Source: Octopus bimaculoides (taxonomy: Eukaryota). From it: a stretch of DNA of 39,116 nucleotides. A program made the position numbers and the translations under genes. Where the stretch lies: assembly GCF_001194135.2 (NCBI RefSeq), contig NC_068986.1, positions 57,665,937-57,705,052 of the forward strand, read 5' to 3'. Under the pieces are notes generated by a model that saw nothing but the letters and a program-made list of their open reading frames with translations, ran no database searches and had not been told where the DNA came from. Positions within the stretch are counted from its first letter, which is position 1. Each line of letters opens with the position of its first letter. Shown one piece after another: positions 13,433 through 24,289 of this stretch.

Positions 13433-14515
13433 CACATGAGAGTCGGCTGAAAAGTTCATAGGCTGGTCAAGGTACTCTCATAGAATGTGACCACATGTAA
13501 TTTATTATACGACTTCTGCTCCACATATTTCTTCTTTCAGTCTTGCTGTGTATAATCCCATTGGTGAAGAAGTTTTCATCATATTAGTGATTAAAGTCAT
13601 AGAGTAGATATGACGTCATCATCACTGCCATATCGGTTTCCAACCAAGCGGTTATTTTGTTGGGACGCAGATGGGGCGAAATGAGGAGAATGAGGTTTAT
13701 CAACAAGTTCAAAGCCAGAGTCACGCTCAGCAGCCATTGAAACGAGGGACTTGTGTACTAGAGCATTGTTCTGATCAAACAAGACCATTTTCTTCAGCTT
13801 TCCTCATAGCCTTTCGTAGCTGCCTCGCATGGTGGCATAGTACTCTCCATTGAGGATGTGATCCGTTTGAAGATTGCCAATAAACACACTGCCATTTGCA
13901 CCCTAAAAATATCTGAGGCCTTTATCATCCCTGCAGGTGTAACGACCTTGGCCTTCTTTGGAGAAGGTTAGGAACGAATTCTCCACTGAATAGATTGTTT
14001 CTTTGTGTCTTGCTCAAGCTGATGAAGCCAACATTCATCCTGACTTACGAAATTTTCAAGGAAGACGGCTTGATCTGCATCAAACAAAGTCAGATTTTCC
14101 GTAATGTAATCATCCTGGTGCGCTGTTGATCAGGTTTCAGACCTGGCTCCCACTGAGCAGATACCTTCGGTATACCAAGTTTATTGTGAAGAATAATCTC
14201 AACTCTCTCATGGGATATGCTAATTGTATTGATTATTTGATTTATAAACAATCGCTTGTTATCCATCAGTTTATGATGAACACGGGCTCTCCCTTCTCCT
14301 CCTAAATTTAGTTGCCCACTTGTGCGTTGTTCATAAAGCTGGAGAGTCATCTCTAACATAGCAACCGTGTCAGCATGAATCTCCTTGGAAACTAAACCTT
14401 ATTTCTACAGGTGCTTGATAACACCACGATTCCAAATTTTGTCAATTTTCAAGAGAAGTCGCTACCAGTTACTTTTGAAGTCTTTAAACAGTCAGATGTA
14501 AGCTTGCCTGGGAAG
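13433..14515 (-). mobile_element. Degenerate mariner transposon (second subfamily)
   Basis: Fragments in order: DKIWNRGVIKHL..KEIHAD (~14450), ISHERVEIILHNKLG..KVSAQW (the WVP region), VLFDQNNALVHKSLVSMAA..GFELVD..HSPHFAPS (QDNAP..HPPYSPDLAPS motif). Many stops and frameshifts. Terminal-repeat-like GAGAGTCGGCTGAAAAGTTCATAGGCTG at ~13438. Confidence 0.85.
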
Positions 14516-15251
14516 AAACAATATACTCATTTACAAGAAGATTAAATTCTGATTCAAACGAATTTCCACGGGAGCCAAGAATGAAATAGAAAACGTGAAT
14601 TTCAAGTAATGATAAGCATTTATTAAAAGCTTTTTATGATATTTCAAAATATATACAAATATCAGACACTTTAAGAGAAAACAGGCCCAGATTTACAGCT
14701 GAAAATGCGGTAACGTGAAACTCAGAGTACTGCCAATTTAGACGGTTCCTGAAAGAATACTGCACATTTACGCCTTGAGTTGTGAAATTTCTCGATTCTT
14801 GGTGAAACAACAGGCATTTTATACAGACAGACAGGCAGACAGACAGACACACACACGCACACACACACGTACAAAGAAACAAACACGTACATAAACGCGC
14901 GCACACGTACATACATACATGCATACATACATATACACACATATGCATGCATATATGTAGGTAATGTGTGAACATAACTAGAATGTATATCAACATACAT
15001 AAGCTTGTTCTCTGTATAAGAACACACACATGCATATATATATATTTACACCAACATTCATTCGCACATATACTTGTGTCCGCATGTGCGTGCATGTGTC
15101 TATGGGTGAGTGTATGTATATGCGTGCGTGATTCTTTGCATTATTCTCCATATTTAAAAGAAAGTGAAATACGCTGACTTCGGTTATGTTAACAGTGTTT
15201 GTTGTAAAATTTCATAAACAACTGGCGTTGATTTAATCAGAACCACATTAC

Positions 15252-15369
15252 ATATATCCCCAAGTGAAATGGCCGTCAATGAAGAATATCTCTGCATCTT
15301 CATGTACGTTGATGCCTTCTTCCTTTTTGTCTTTCTCCTCGCTCTGTCTCGTTCACTCTTCCACGACCT
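15252..15369 (-). CDS. Candidate coding exon of unknown gene (RSWKSERDRARRKTKRKKASTYMKMQRYSSLTAISLGDI)
   Basis: Strong polypyrimidine acceptor ttttttcatcttgttttcattttatgattgtgtgcag, an open phase-0 frame, and a possible donor AT|gtaatg. No homology recognised. Confidence 0.3.
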
Positions 15370-16306
15370 CTGCACACAATCATAAAATGAAAACAAGATG
15401 AAAAAAATCCACTTAAGCGTGCCGCCCCTAACTGTTTTAACTCTCCCTGTTTATAATCACTGAACAAAATATCGATGTAAATTCATTTATGTCTCAAGGG
15501 TATTATTTTGCTTACACTGATATGATTTTCTAACAATCGTAGTTTGTTCTAATAACGCCTTCCGTTTCACTTGTACCATTTGATTCGTGGATATCTATAT
15601 TTCTTGTCAAGTGGTGGTGGTGGGTGTTTATATCAAGATTTCGGTAAAACTCCTCCCTGAACACGTAAAGTTGTATTTCTCTGTAGGTATAAATCTTTCT
15701 GTAATTGTAATATTACTCAGGCCTGGCTTTAATGCAATAGCTACAAAGTTTGAAACGCTTCGCCAACTTTACAGATCTAGTCGTACAATATAATTTCTAG
15801 TTGTATTACTTCTGTTTTCGTTTTACTTATTTTCTACTTCTTTGCTTTTATATTCATTTGTTTTACATTGTTTACTAGCATTCTTAAGATATACACTCTT
15901 ATAGCACAAATGCAAGATATATTACAGTGATGTACACACCAGTTTAAGCCACAAACGCGGACGCATTATACGCGCAATATATTCGTACATGTATATATGT
16001 ATGCATGTATGTACGTAACGTATGTATGTATGCTTATATATAGACATACACACATATATACTTACGTATATATAAATATATATGTATATATATGTATGTA
16101 TATATATATATATATNNNNNNNNNNNNNNNNNNNNNNNNNNNNNNNNNNNNNNNNNNNNNNNNNNNNNNNNNNNNNNNNNNNNNNNNNNNNNNNNNNNNN
16201 NNNNNNNNNNNNNNNNNNNNNNNNNNNNNNNNNNNNNNNNNNNNNNNNNNNNNNNNNNNNNNNNNNNNNNNNNNNNNNNNNNNNNNNNNNNNNNNNNNNN
16301 NNNNNN

Positions 16307-16380
<74 letters not shown>
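16307..16380. repeat. (GATA)n microsatellite
   Basis: Pure gatagata run. Confidence 0.97.
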
Positions 16381-16381
<1 letters not shown>

Positions 16382-16644
16382 TTATACATACGTACACATG
16401 AAAATATTGTAGTGCTGACGTTAATCTCTGTTACATCTTCAAGTCTCGCAATTGTCACTGATAATCAGTTTTAAAATGGTTAAGACATATCTATAATAGA
16501 ATAATGTCAGTTTTGCAGTCAATGAAAGGAGCATATATAAAAAGTTGGTTATATATAGTGCATAAAATAATGTCTAAATCTAACACAAAAAATACAAGTT
16601 AAGACAAAAACGTGTATATTCATACATATATATATATACATATA

Positions 16645-16821
16645 TCTTTTACTTGTTTCAGCCATTTGACTGCGGCTATGCTGGAGCACCGCCTTTCTAA
16701 TCAAATGAATCCTCCCCACTACTTATTTTTTATGCTTGGTACTCATTGGACCATTCTCTTTTGCCGAAACGCTAAGTACAGAAACACACCAACACCAGTT
16801 GTCATGCGGTGGTGTAGGACA
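16645..16821 (-). mobile_element. SINE/retroposon family B copy
   Basis: TTTTACTTGTTTCAGCCATTTGACTGCGGCTATGCTGGAGCACCGCC..GCCGAAACGCTAAG..ACACACCAACACCAGTTGTCA; shares its end with 7520-7590. Confidence 0.7.
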
Positions 16822-16939
16822 ATATATATATATATATATATATATACTTAGAAATGGATACATGGCGTTCAATTAAATTCTAATATAAATAATATATAAA
16901 AATATATATATATTTGTATGTATGGATGTGTACGTTTTT

Positions 16940-17190
16940 GTCTTAACTTTGACCCCTTTTGATTCCTATTTTACTCGGGTGGACCCTCATAACCATTCTA
17001 TGTCTAAAAGAAATCCTAATATATTTTTAAGATTAAATATTATTAGGAACTGTATTGAAAAAAAAACTGTTGAAATATTTTGTGCATTGTAGAAGTATCT
17101 TCAGTTTATTGCACCTAAATTTGAAGAAAAAGTTTATATGAAAACCCAAGGATCAATTGTACCCCGTTTGAAATCCACTAGTCTAAATCC
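16940..17190. mobile_element. Probable degenerate hAT-type MITE
   Basis: GACCCCTTTGATTCCTATTTTACTC..GGACCC and the end GTACCCCGTTTGAAATCCACTAG resemble Charlie-like MITE ends (GGACCCC..AACCACTG). Recognised from memory only; termini are eroded. Confidence 0.35.
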
Positions 17191-17408
17191 TTGGATCTAT
17201 ACAGATAGAGTGGAAACCTATAAATTATATATTTAAATTATATCCTGTTAGTTTATACCTATTTCACTTATTTGACTGCAAATTTAGCCCTAACCTCCTG
17301 TACATATATATATATATGTATATATATCTGTATATAGTATATGTAATATGTTATATAGAGAAGGTGTTTGGACTAAATTTGACGATTTATTGTCTTCTTT
17401 TCTTTCAG

Positions 17409-17459
17409 GAACAGTTTAATGTATTGGTGAACAGTCAACGGCATTGGAGAGGATTATGA
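17409..17459 (+). CDS. Candidate terminal coding exon (EQFNVLVNSQRHWRGL*)
   Basis: Strong acceptor tattgtcttcttttctttcag; only phase 0 is open, for 16 codons. No homology recognised. Confidence 0.25.
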   Translation, partial: EQFNVLVNSQRHWRGL

Positions 17460-17541
17460 TTAATGTTGTCTTAATGTTTTCCATTTCGTGGAATTTCCAC
17501 GAGTCCCACTAGTTATTATATAATATGTATAGAGGTTGGTT

Positions 17542-17692
17542 CACATTCTGAGTTTAAATTTCACCGAGGTTGACTTTACTTTTCGTCGTTTCGGTTCGAT
17601 AAAATAAGTACCAGCTGAACATTAGGATCAATGTAATCGACTTATCCCTATCCACAAATTATTGGCTCTCTGCCAAAATTTGAAATCAATAT
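17542..17692 (+). mobile_element. SINE family A, 5'-truncated copy
   Basis: TTCTGAGTTTAAATTTCACCGAGGTTGACTTT..TCGATAAAATAAGTACCAG..TGCCAAAATTTGAAATCAAT. Confidence 0.75.
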
Positions 17693-17703
17693 GTATATAG
17701 GCT

Positions 17704-17788
17704 GGTGGGTTGACAAAATCGGTAGAGTGTCGTTCAAATTGTTTTTCAGTGATTTTTCCTATTTTTTTACGTTTTGTGTTTAAATTCG
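17704..17788 (+). mobile_element. SINE family A, degenerate tRNA-like head
   Basis: GGTGGGTTGACAAAATCGGTAGAGTGTCG..TTACGTTTTGTGTTTAAATTC aligns to the A-box/B-box head. Confidence 0.5.
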
Positions 17789-18199
17789 GATAAAGTTAAC
17801 ATTTCTTCCGATCTTAATCGGATAAAATACCGTACGTACTCCTACAAACTTAACTCGTGTTTCTAAAATTTGTGGCNNNNNNNNNNNNNNNNNNNNNNNN
17901 NNNNNNNNNNNNNNNNNNNNNNNNNNNNNNNNNNNNNNNNNNNNNNNNNNNNNNNNNNNNNNNNNNNNNNNNNNNNNNNNNNNNNNNNNNNNNNNNNNNN
18001 NNNNNNNNNNNNNNNNNNNNNNNNNNNNNNNNNNNNNNNNNNNNNNNNNNNNNNNNNNNNNNNNNNNNNNNNNNNNNNNNNNNNNNNNNNNNNNNNNNNN
18101 NNNNNNNNNNNNNNNNNNNNNNNNNNNNNNNNNNNNNNNNNNNNNNNNNNNNNNNNNNNNNNNNNNNNNNNNNNNNNNNNNNNNNNNNNNNTATATATG

Positions 18200-18416
18200 C
18201 ACCGTATTTGACGACCTATAAGACGCACCATTTTTTAAAACCCCAAAATGGCTTTAAAACCCCCCCTGTCTTCAATGCACTCAGTGTAGGTTCAAAGTTA
18301 AACAGGTAAGTGAGAAATTAAAACATTATTTTAGTGGTAATTTATTTTACAATCGTATACCCTAGGCTAGGGTGTGCTCTATGCACTCGTGCATCTTATA
18401 GGCCATCAAATAGGTA
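18200..18416. mobile_element. Tc1/mariner (pogo/Tigger-like) MITE
   Basis: Left CACCGTATTTGACGACCTATAAGACGCAC and right GTGCATCTTATAGGCCATCAAATAGGTA are ~28-bp imperfect inverted repeats in TA context. Confidence 0.7.
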
Positions 18417-18495
18417 TATACATGTACAGACGACTTCTGTACTGTTTCCGCATAGAAAATCACTTCAAAAGGAATTCTTCTGCTCGGGCCTATAG

Positions 18496-18571
18496 GTTGA
18501 TGATGATGACGATGATGATTGTAATGTTGGTTATGATAACGACGACAATTATGACGATGGCGATGATGATG

Positions 18572-18625
<54 letters not shown>

Positions 18626-18833
18626 GTTATGACGACGACGACGACGACGATGATGACAAACACGATGACAATGACGACGATGATGATAATGATGACAATG
18701 ACGACGACGACAATGATGCTGCTGCTGATGATGATGATGATGATGAAGATGATGATGATGATGATGATGATGATGATAATGATGCAGCCGAAGACGGCGA
18801 CAACAACAACAGCAGCATCTACATCATAGTAAT
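18496..18833 (+). repeat. Degenerate (GAT/GAC)n microsatellite
   Basis: Direct reading; gives poly-M, poly-D, poly-I and poly-S frames. Confidence 0.9.
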
Positions 18834-19030
18834 GTAAGTTTTTTTCAGATTGAGTAGAAAGCGGCAAGAATGTTGAACACGATCATCAAAGGAAGCCAAA
18901 CAAACAAATGTGAGAGAATATGATTCTTTCTATCTCCTATTTACTAAAAGAACGAAAGCTGAAACCAGTTAACAGTAATAAAGGTGAGAACAAGAGAAAC
19001 TAACGAGATGTTATTAGTGTTTTGTTACAG

Positions 19031-19076
19031 GTGCTGGAATGTGCGCCCACACGTATTTGCTTCTTCAGAAATTCAA
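19031..19076 (+). other. Candidate 46-nt internal exon
   Basis: Acceptor gtgttttgttacag and consensus donor CAA|gtaagt. All three frames are open, so coding status is undetermined. Confidence 0.3.
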
Positions 19077-19201
19077 GTAAGTTTCTACGAGGGAAACTCT
19101 AGTATTTATTTTCTTCTGTAAATGTTCTCAGCATTAGTTTATTATGCAAGTTATACTAAAATCTATAAATCCAATGAACCGAAATAGAGCAGAATTACAC
19201 T

Positions 19202-19214
19202 AACAATGATAATG

Positions 19215-19308
<94 letters not shown>
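19202..19308. repeat. (AAT)n microsatellite
   Basis: About 33 AAT units. Confidence 0.97.
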
Positions 19309-19543
19309 GGAAAATATTATTTACAATGAAATCGCTTAATTTGCGATGATGGGAGAAAGAGAAAATATAAACAACACTTAGAAAAATAAGAAGTAAACTA
19401 ATAGACAATTTACAAAGAAATTATCAAATTCTGCATGTTGGAAAAATAACATTATAGCATCAAAAGCAAAAAGAGAAAAGAAAACACTAATGGAATTTAC
19501 ATCATTAAATGTAAGATGGTGAGGTAAATAACAATAACAAAGA

Positions 19544-19820
19544 TATTGGTTTCAAATTTTGGCACGAGACCAGTAGTTTAGAGGGTGGGGTTAACTCGAT
19601 TAAATCTACCCTAGCACTCAACTGGTACTTATTTTATTGAGTCCAATACTCAACTGATACTTTCTTTATCGATCTCAGTACTCAACTGGTACTTATTTTA
19701 TCGACGTCGAGGGTGAAAGGCAAAGTCGACCCGGCAGAATTTGAACTCAGAACGTAAAGATAGACGAAATACCACTAAGCATTTCGCTCGACGTGCTAAC
19801 GATTCTGCCAGCTTGCCGCT
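19544..19820 (-). mobile_element. SINE family A, full length, with internal 32-bp triplication
   Basis: Head GCGGCAAGCTGGCAGAATCGTTAGCACG..GAGTTCAAATTCTGCC; three ACTCAACTGGTACTTATTTTAT units at 19616, 19648 and 19680. Confidence 0.88.
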
Positions 19821-19837
19821 TTATCAATAACAAAGAC

Positions 19838-20058
19838 AATAATAATCCTTTCTATTATAGGCACAAGGCCTGAAATTTTGGGGGAGGAAACTAGTCGATT
19901 TAGTCGACCCCAGTGATTCGCTGGTACTTGATTTATCGACCCCGATAGGGGATGAAAGGCAAAGTCGATCTCGGCGGAATTAGAACTCAGAACGTAGCAG
20001 GAGACGAAATACCGCTAAGCAGTTCGCCCGGTCAACTAACGATTTAGCCAGCTCGCCG
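19838..20058 (-). mobile_element. SINE family A, second subfamily, full length
   Basis: Head GGCGAGCTGGCTAAATCGTTAG..GAGTTCTAATTCCGCC; 3' end CCTTGTGCCTATAATAGAAAGGATTATTATT differs from the neighbouring copy. Confidence 0.88.
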
Positions 20059-20784
20059 TCTTAACTAAGAGAATAATAATAACACTATGCAACAATAAGT
20101 TTGCGTTCTTGTTACAAGTCATATCATTCAACTAACTACTGTTGTTGAATAATATTCTTAAGACTGCAATTTATTCACATGCAGCATCTTCAGAGCTTTG
20201 TCTCTAATTCAGTTCTTAACCAAATTGAAAACTGTTAACATTTTTGGAGAAGACTGGTCTCTAGCTACATTTTGGCATAAAAAATTGAGATTTGGTGTAG
20301 TAGAAAAAAGTTTAGATCAAAATTTGTAGCAACGTTATAGGAGAGTAAGTAACACCTCCAGTCAAGTTTAGATGTAAATAACTTTTTTATTTTAAAAGCA
20401 AAATATATTTATCTTAGCTTCAATGATAGTGGATTCAAGTGTAATTAACTTTCTTATTCTAAAAACAAACTATTTTTTAATTAAGCTTAAACGACAAAGC
20501 TCAATTCGAGGAATTTCATGGTATCAATCTCATGGAAGGAAGTTTTAAAAGAAAAAAGTTATGTGCGTTTCTCAAATTTGAGGGTGATAATATAGTGTTA
20601 TACTTATTTTATGACTATAGTTCTATAAGGGGACTTTTAATATATGTCACCGGTATCATTGAGGTAAGGAAAAAATTATCAACGACACCGCTAATTTGGA
20701 GATAGTTTAATTACATCATCTGTTTTAATTAATGCAATTATATCATAAAAATGAAAAAAATAAAAATATCATTAAAAAATTTTG

Positions 20785-20880
20785 GCAATAGCCATTTTGG
20801 CAATCTTTCGTTTTAACTCGAAGGCGTGTGCGCGCAGCTCAGCTGTTACCTACCTGACGGCGTTCGGTAAATTCCGTAAA
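20785..20880 (-). promoter_or_regulatory. Possible promoter / first-exon region
   Basis: Local CpG-rich patch in AT-rich DNA, a YY1-like CCAAAATGGC on the minus strand (20791-20800), an NRF1-like GCGTGTGCGCGC (20824-20835) and a minus-strand donor CAG|gtaggt at 20854/20853. Motif inference only. Confidence 0.3.
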
Positions 20881-21021
20881 AATTTTTCATTTATTTATTT
20901 TTGTATGTACATATTGTTTGAAGTCAGCATAAAGTTGAAGAGAGAGGAAATGGACATGGATGTGTGTTTGTGTTGATGGGGGTAAATGTGTATTGTGTAT
21001 GTGTGTGTGTGTGTGATTGTA

Positions 21022-21390
21022 TGAGAGAGAGAGAGACAGCGTACATTTTTTTTATTTATCTTTTCTCGCATCTTTTTCAGTTATTGTGTGATTGACTGAG
21101 AGAGAGAGAAAGAGAGTTCTGTGAGAGAGAGAGAGAAAGAGAGTTCTGTGAGAGAGAGAGAGAGAGAGAAAGAGAGAGTGCCATTTTACATACATGACAA
21201 CACCTTTCTCTCTCTCCGTCTCTCTCTCCCTCTATCTCTCTCTCTCTCAGTCAATCACTCACACTCACTAAAAATGCGAAAAATACTAAATAAATAAAAT
21301 ACATTTACGCTTTTAATGTTTTAAATAAATAAAAAAACATTTACGCTATCACCTCTCTCTCTCTCTTTCTCTCTCTCTTTTTCTCTCTCA
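21022..21390. repeat. Long imperfect inverted repeat (foldback) with GA/TC tracts
   Basis: GTGATTGACTGAGAGAGAGAG pairs with CTCTCTCTCAGTCAATCAC, CGCATCTTTTT with AAAAATGCG, and AGCGTACATTTTTTTTATTTA with TAAATAAAAAAACATTTACGCT. Confidence 0.75.
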
Positions 21391-22984
21391 CAGCAAGACA
21401 CACTCCTCTCTCTCTGTTATAACGAAACATAGTCGAAATTTATTAAATTTATTATTCAATTTTCAATAAGGTAAAATCTTAAATTATTAATTGACATATT
21501 ATTAATTAGAATAATAGCATAACCTGGAAAAAGCATGGATTACATAGAAAAATGCGAGCAAGAAAAATAATATTCTTAAGATTATAAACCCGGAAAAGTA
21601 GAGGGCAAGTTAACACTTGGAAAAGTTCAGGACAGGTTAATACATCTGGCAAAATACAGAGCAAGAAAATTGCAGCTGAAGATAAAAATTTGAATATTAA
21701 AATTTATCTGATTTTAATTTACAAAGTAACATTATAATTAAAAAAAGGTACCATCATTTTGTTAAAATATTGACACATTAGAATACTTAAAAAATGAGAG
21801 CCAGAAGTACCAATATAGGTAAAGTTTTATGTATATAAAGTTTTGTATATATGGTACGAAAATTCATTATGTAAAAAATAGGCATTGGGTCAATACTAAG
21901 AATGTGAAGACTTGGCAATAACTCATGCAAATTTTACTGTGAATTTGTTGTTATAGGTAGATTTTACTGTAATATATAACTAATTTCTGTATTATTCTAT
22001 TTATTGTTCTAACTAATTATGTACTACTACTAATTTTTATGACCTACTTTCAAATTTCTTATTATTAATTAAGAATTAACAAAATGAATTTTTGAAAGTG
22101 CAAAATGTATTTTGTGTTTTTTTTTAAATAGAACTAACAAATAATAAATAGAAGTAATAACATGTAATAACGTTGTAGAATTACATAGGACATTTTTCAT
22201 TTTCCATTGTTATAGAAAATGTACATCAAATTCGAAAAGAATTGCGTAATCTCTACTCAACAGTCACGGGTAAATAACTGTATTTCTTGATAAGTATCTC
22301 ATTTTGACTTTTTTTTACTGGATGGTTCATACGGTAAAAGCGAACGATGAAGTTTGCTGTCCTAAGAATTTAGCGAGAATTCATTGACCACTCAAGTAAT
22401 TGTTACTTCTACATAGTGGTCCCTTCCAAACGTCGGACTGGTAAGAATGCATCTGCTCTCAAGAATCCGGATTTTCCTTAATATATCAAATGATACAGCA
22501 CTGTTTTCAGTGCAATCGAAATCACTCTGTCAGAGAAAGAAAAACTGTCACCAGTAAAGAGTAGTAAGTTAGCGTAGGAAGAAGATGTTGGCAATGCAGA
22601 TTTTAGTTTCAGAGGTGCAGCTAAAGGCAGAAATCCACAAACCTCAACAACTTGAACAGAGATTTTTGTCTCACGAAGTTTAATGCCGGATGTTTTACGT
22701 GATGACTAGGCTCAAAGAGCATTAGACGAAAAGGTGCAAGTAACAAATCAGAGAAAGCGTCCCGTGCGTTTTCCTAAGTTCTTCACTGGTGAAGACGGGC
22801 TCTGCTTCTCTCGAAACGTTACCAAGCTCTTCGAGATGAAAATAAAATCGCTTATAAACCAAACATTTTCAACAGGAATAATTAGCAAATGCCATTTACT
22901 ACATTAGATCAAAAGGAACAAAAAACAAAATGTGTTATTTAATGTAAGCATTTTTATCATAGGCACAAAATGCATAAGTTCAGA

Positions 22985-23095
22985 GAAGAGCTTTAGTCGA
23001 TTAAACCGACCTCCATACTTGATAGGTACCTCGTTTTTCGACTCCGAAAGGATAAAAGATGAAATTAATATCGATAGAATTTCAACTCTGAAAGC
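22985..23095 (-). mobile_element. SINE family A, old degenerate fragment
   Basis: TTAGTCGATTAAACCGACC..GGTACCTCGTTTTTCGACTCCGAAAGGATAAAAG..AATTTCAACTCTGAA aligns to the family A body. Confidence 0.55.
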
Positions 23096-23425
23096 CAAAA
23101 TATTTTACCTGACGCTTTAACTATACTTCCATCGTAGCTCCTTATAAAGAAAAATAATAGAATTCATCATGGTAGCAAACATAGAAAACAATTATTCGAA
23201 AAAATTGGCAAACGCTATATGTTGTGGCTTAATCTGTTAGAAGCAGCACTCAAATCATATACATCGGTCTTTGACAAAGAAAAAGAAGGAAAAAAAGAAA
23301 GATCGATAATGCAGTTCTGGATTTACGCCTATGAAAAAATTACGCGATGGGTATCTTATGCATAATTTCCGAATACCAAATCCCACGCACAAAAATTAGC
23401 AAACTCATTGCTACAGTAAAATTAC

Positions 23426-23522
23426 CTGTTGAAGATGCCACACAGTGCTTGAAAACTAGGAACTACCTGAATCCGATGCGAACCACTGGAGCACATAGCT
23501 ATTATTGTAGAATCCGGTATAA
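23426..23522 (-). CDS. Candidate 97-nt coding exon (IPDSTIIAMCSSGSHRIQVVPSFQALCGIFN)
   Basis: Acceptor aaattcttctttaacctcggcag, donor CAG|gtaatt, and one frame open throughout. No homology recognised. Confidence 0.25.
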
Positions 23523-24289
23523 CTGCCGAGGTTAAAGAAGAATTTAAATTGGTTGTGCGACTGTTGTTGCTGCTGCTGTTATCGTTTGGCACCCCATTAG
23601 ACTTAATTTAGTAGAACTATGATCAAATTCGTGATCAGAATCACGGTCTTCTTAGAGATATCAAGGACTAACATGTATCTCATTATTCTCAAGATGGCAA
23701 AGATTTGAATGCTATTTCTGGAGACCGTAAAGAAGGTTCCTCGTAAAATAAAAATTTTTGGTCCCAAATATATATCTTAAATTTCCCTCATCACCATTTA
23801 TTTACTGTTTGGTTGATACAAAGTTCTAAAGAGCTTAATTAAATTCCGTCTTTCATAGTGCTAAATGATATATAATTGTGCAACATGGTAGCCGTTTTCA
23901 TGATAATCGAGTTATTGTAGCCAACAAATGGTTTCTCTTAACAACAGCCAGGTCAATTATGACAATGTAAGAAATTTTATGAACATAACACGTACAGGGT
24001 GTTTGAAATAGCAAACCATTACAAAAAGTTGTGTATTTGATTTCTCTCTATTTGGTTTCTACTGAAACACCAAAAAAATGTGATCTATCGCTCTCAAAAT
24101 TGTGCTGTGACTCCCTACCCCACAACAAAAACAACCTAGTCACTATAAGTAAAGAGAAGTACGTGAAGTATTAGAGTACGTAGTAGGCAGTGAGAGATAT
24201 TCGTATCAATTGGAATTAATTTTGTCGCGTTTTTGATTGCTGTTAGACGTAAGTCACCTTGCTAAATATTTGTTGAAGGTCTTCTCTCG

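Noticed and set aside
15250-15345. ABCC/SUR-like peptide EDAEIFFIDGHFTWG in an alternative minus frame
   Set aside because: The frame has a TGA just after the only good acceptor, and no Walker A exon is visible nearby; the resemblance is probably chance.
18285-18311. Micro-exon ending in a perfect CAG|gtaagt
   Set aside because: It lies within the 18200-18416 MITE, so it is more likely incidental.
19616-19705. CRISPR-like periodicity (32-bp units; also the 21-bp units at 33834-33912)
   Set aside because: These are contiguous tandem repeats without unique spacers, in eukaryotic context, with no cas genes.
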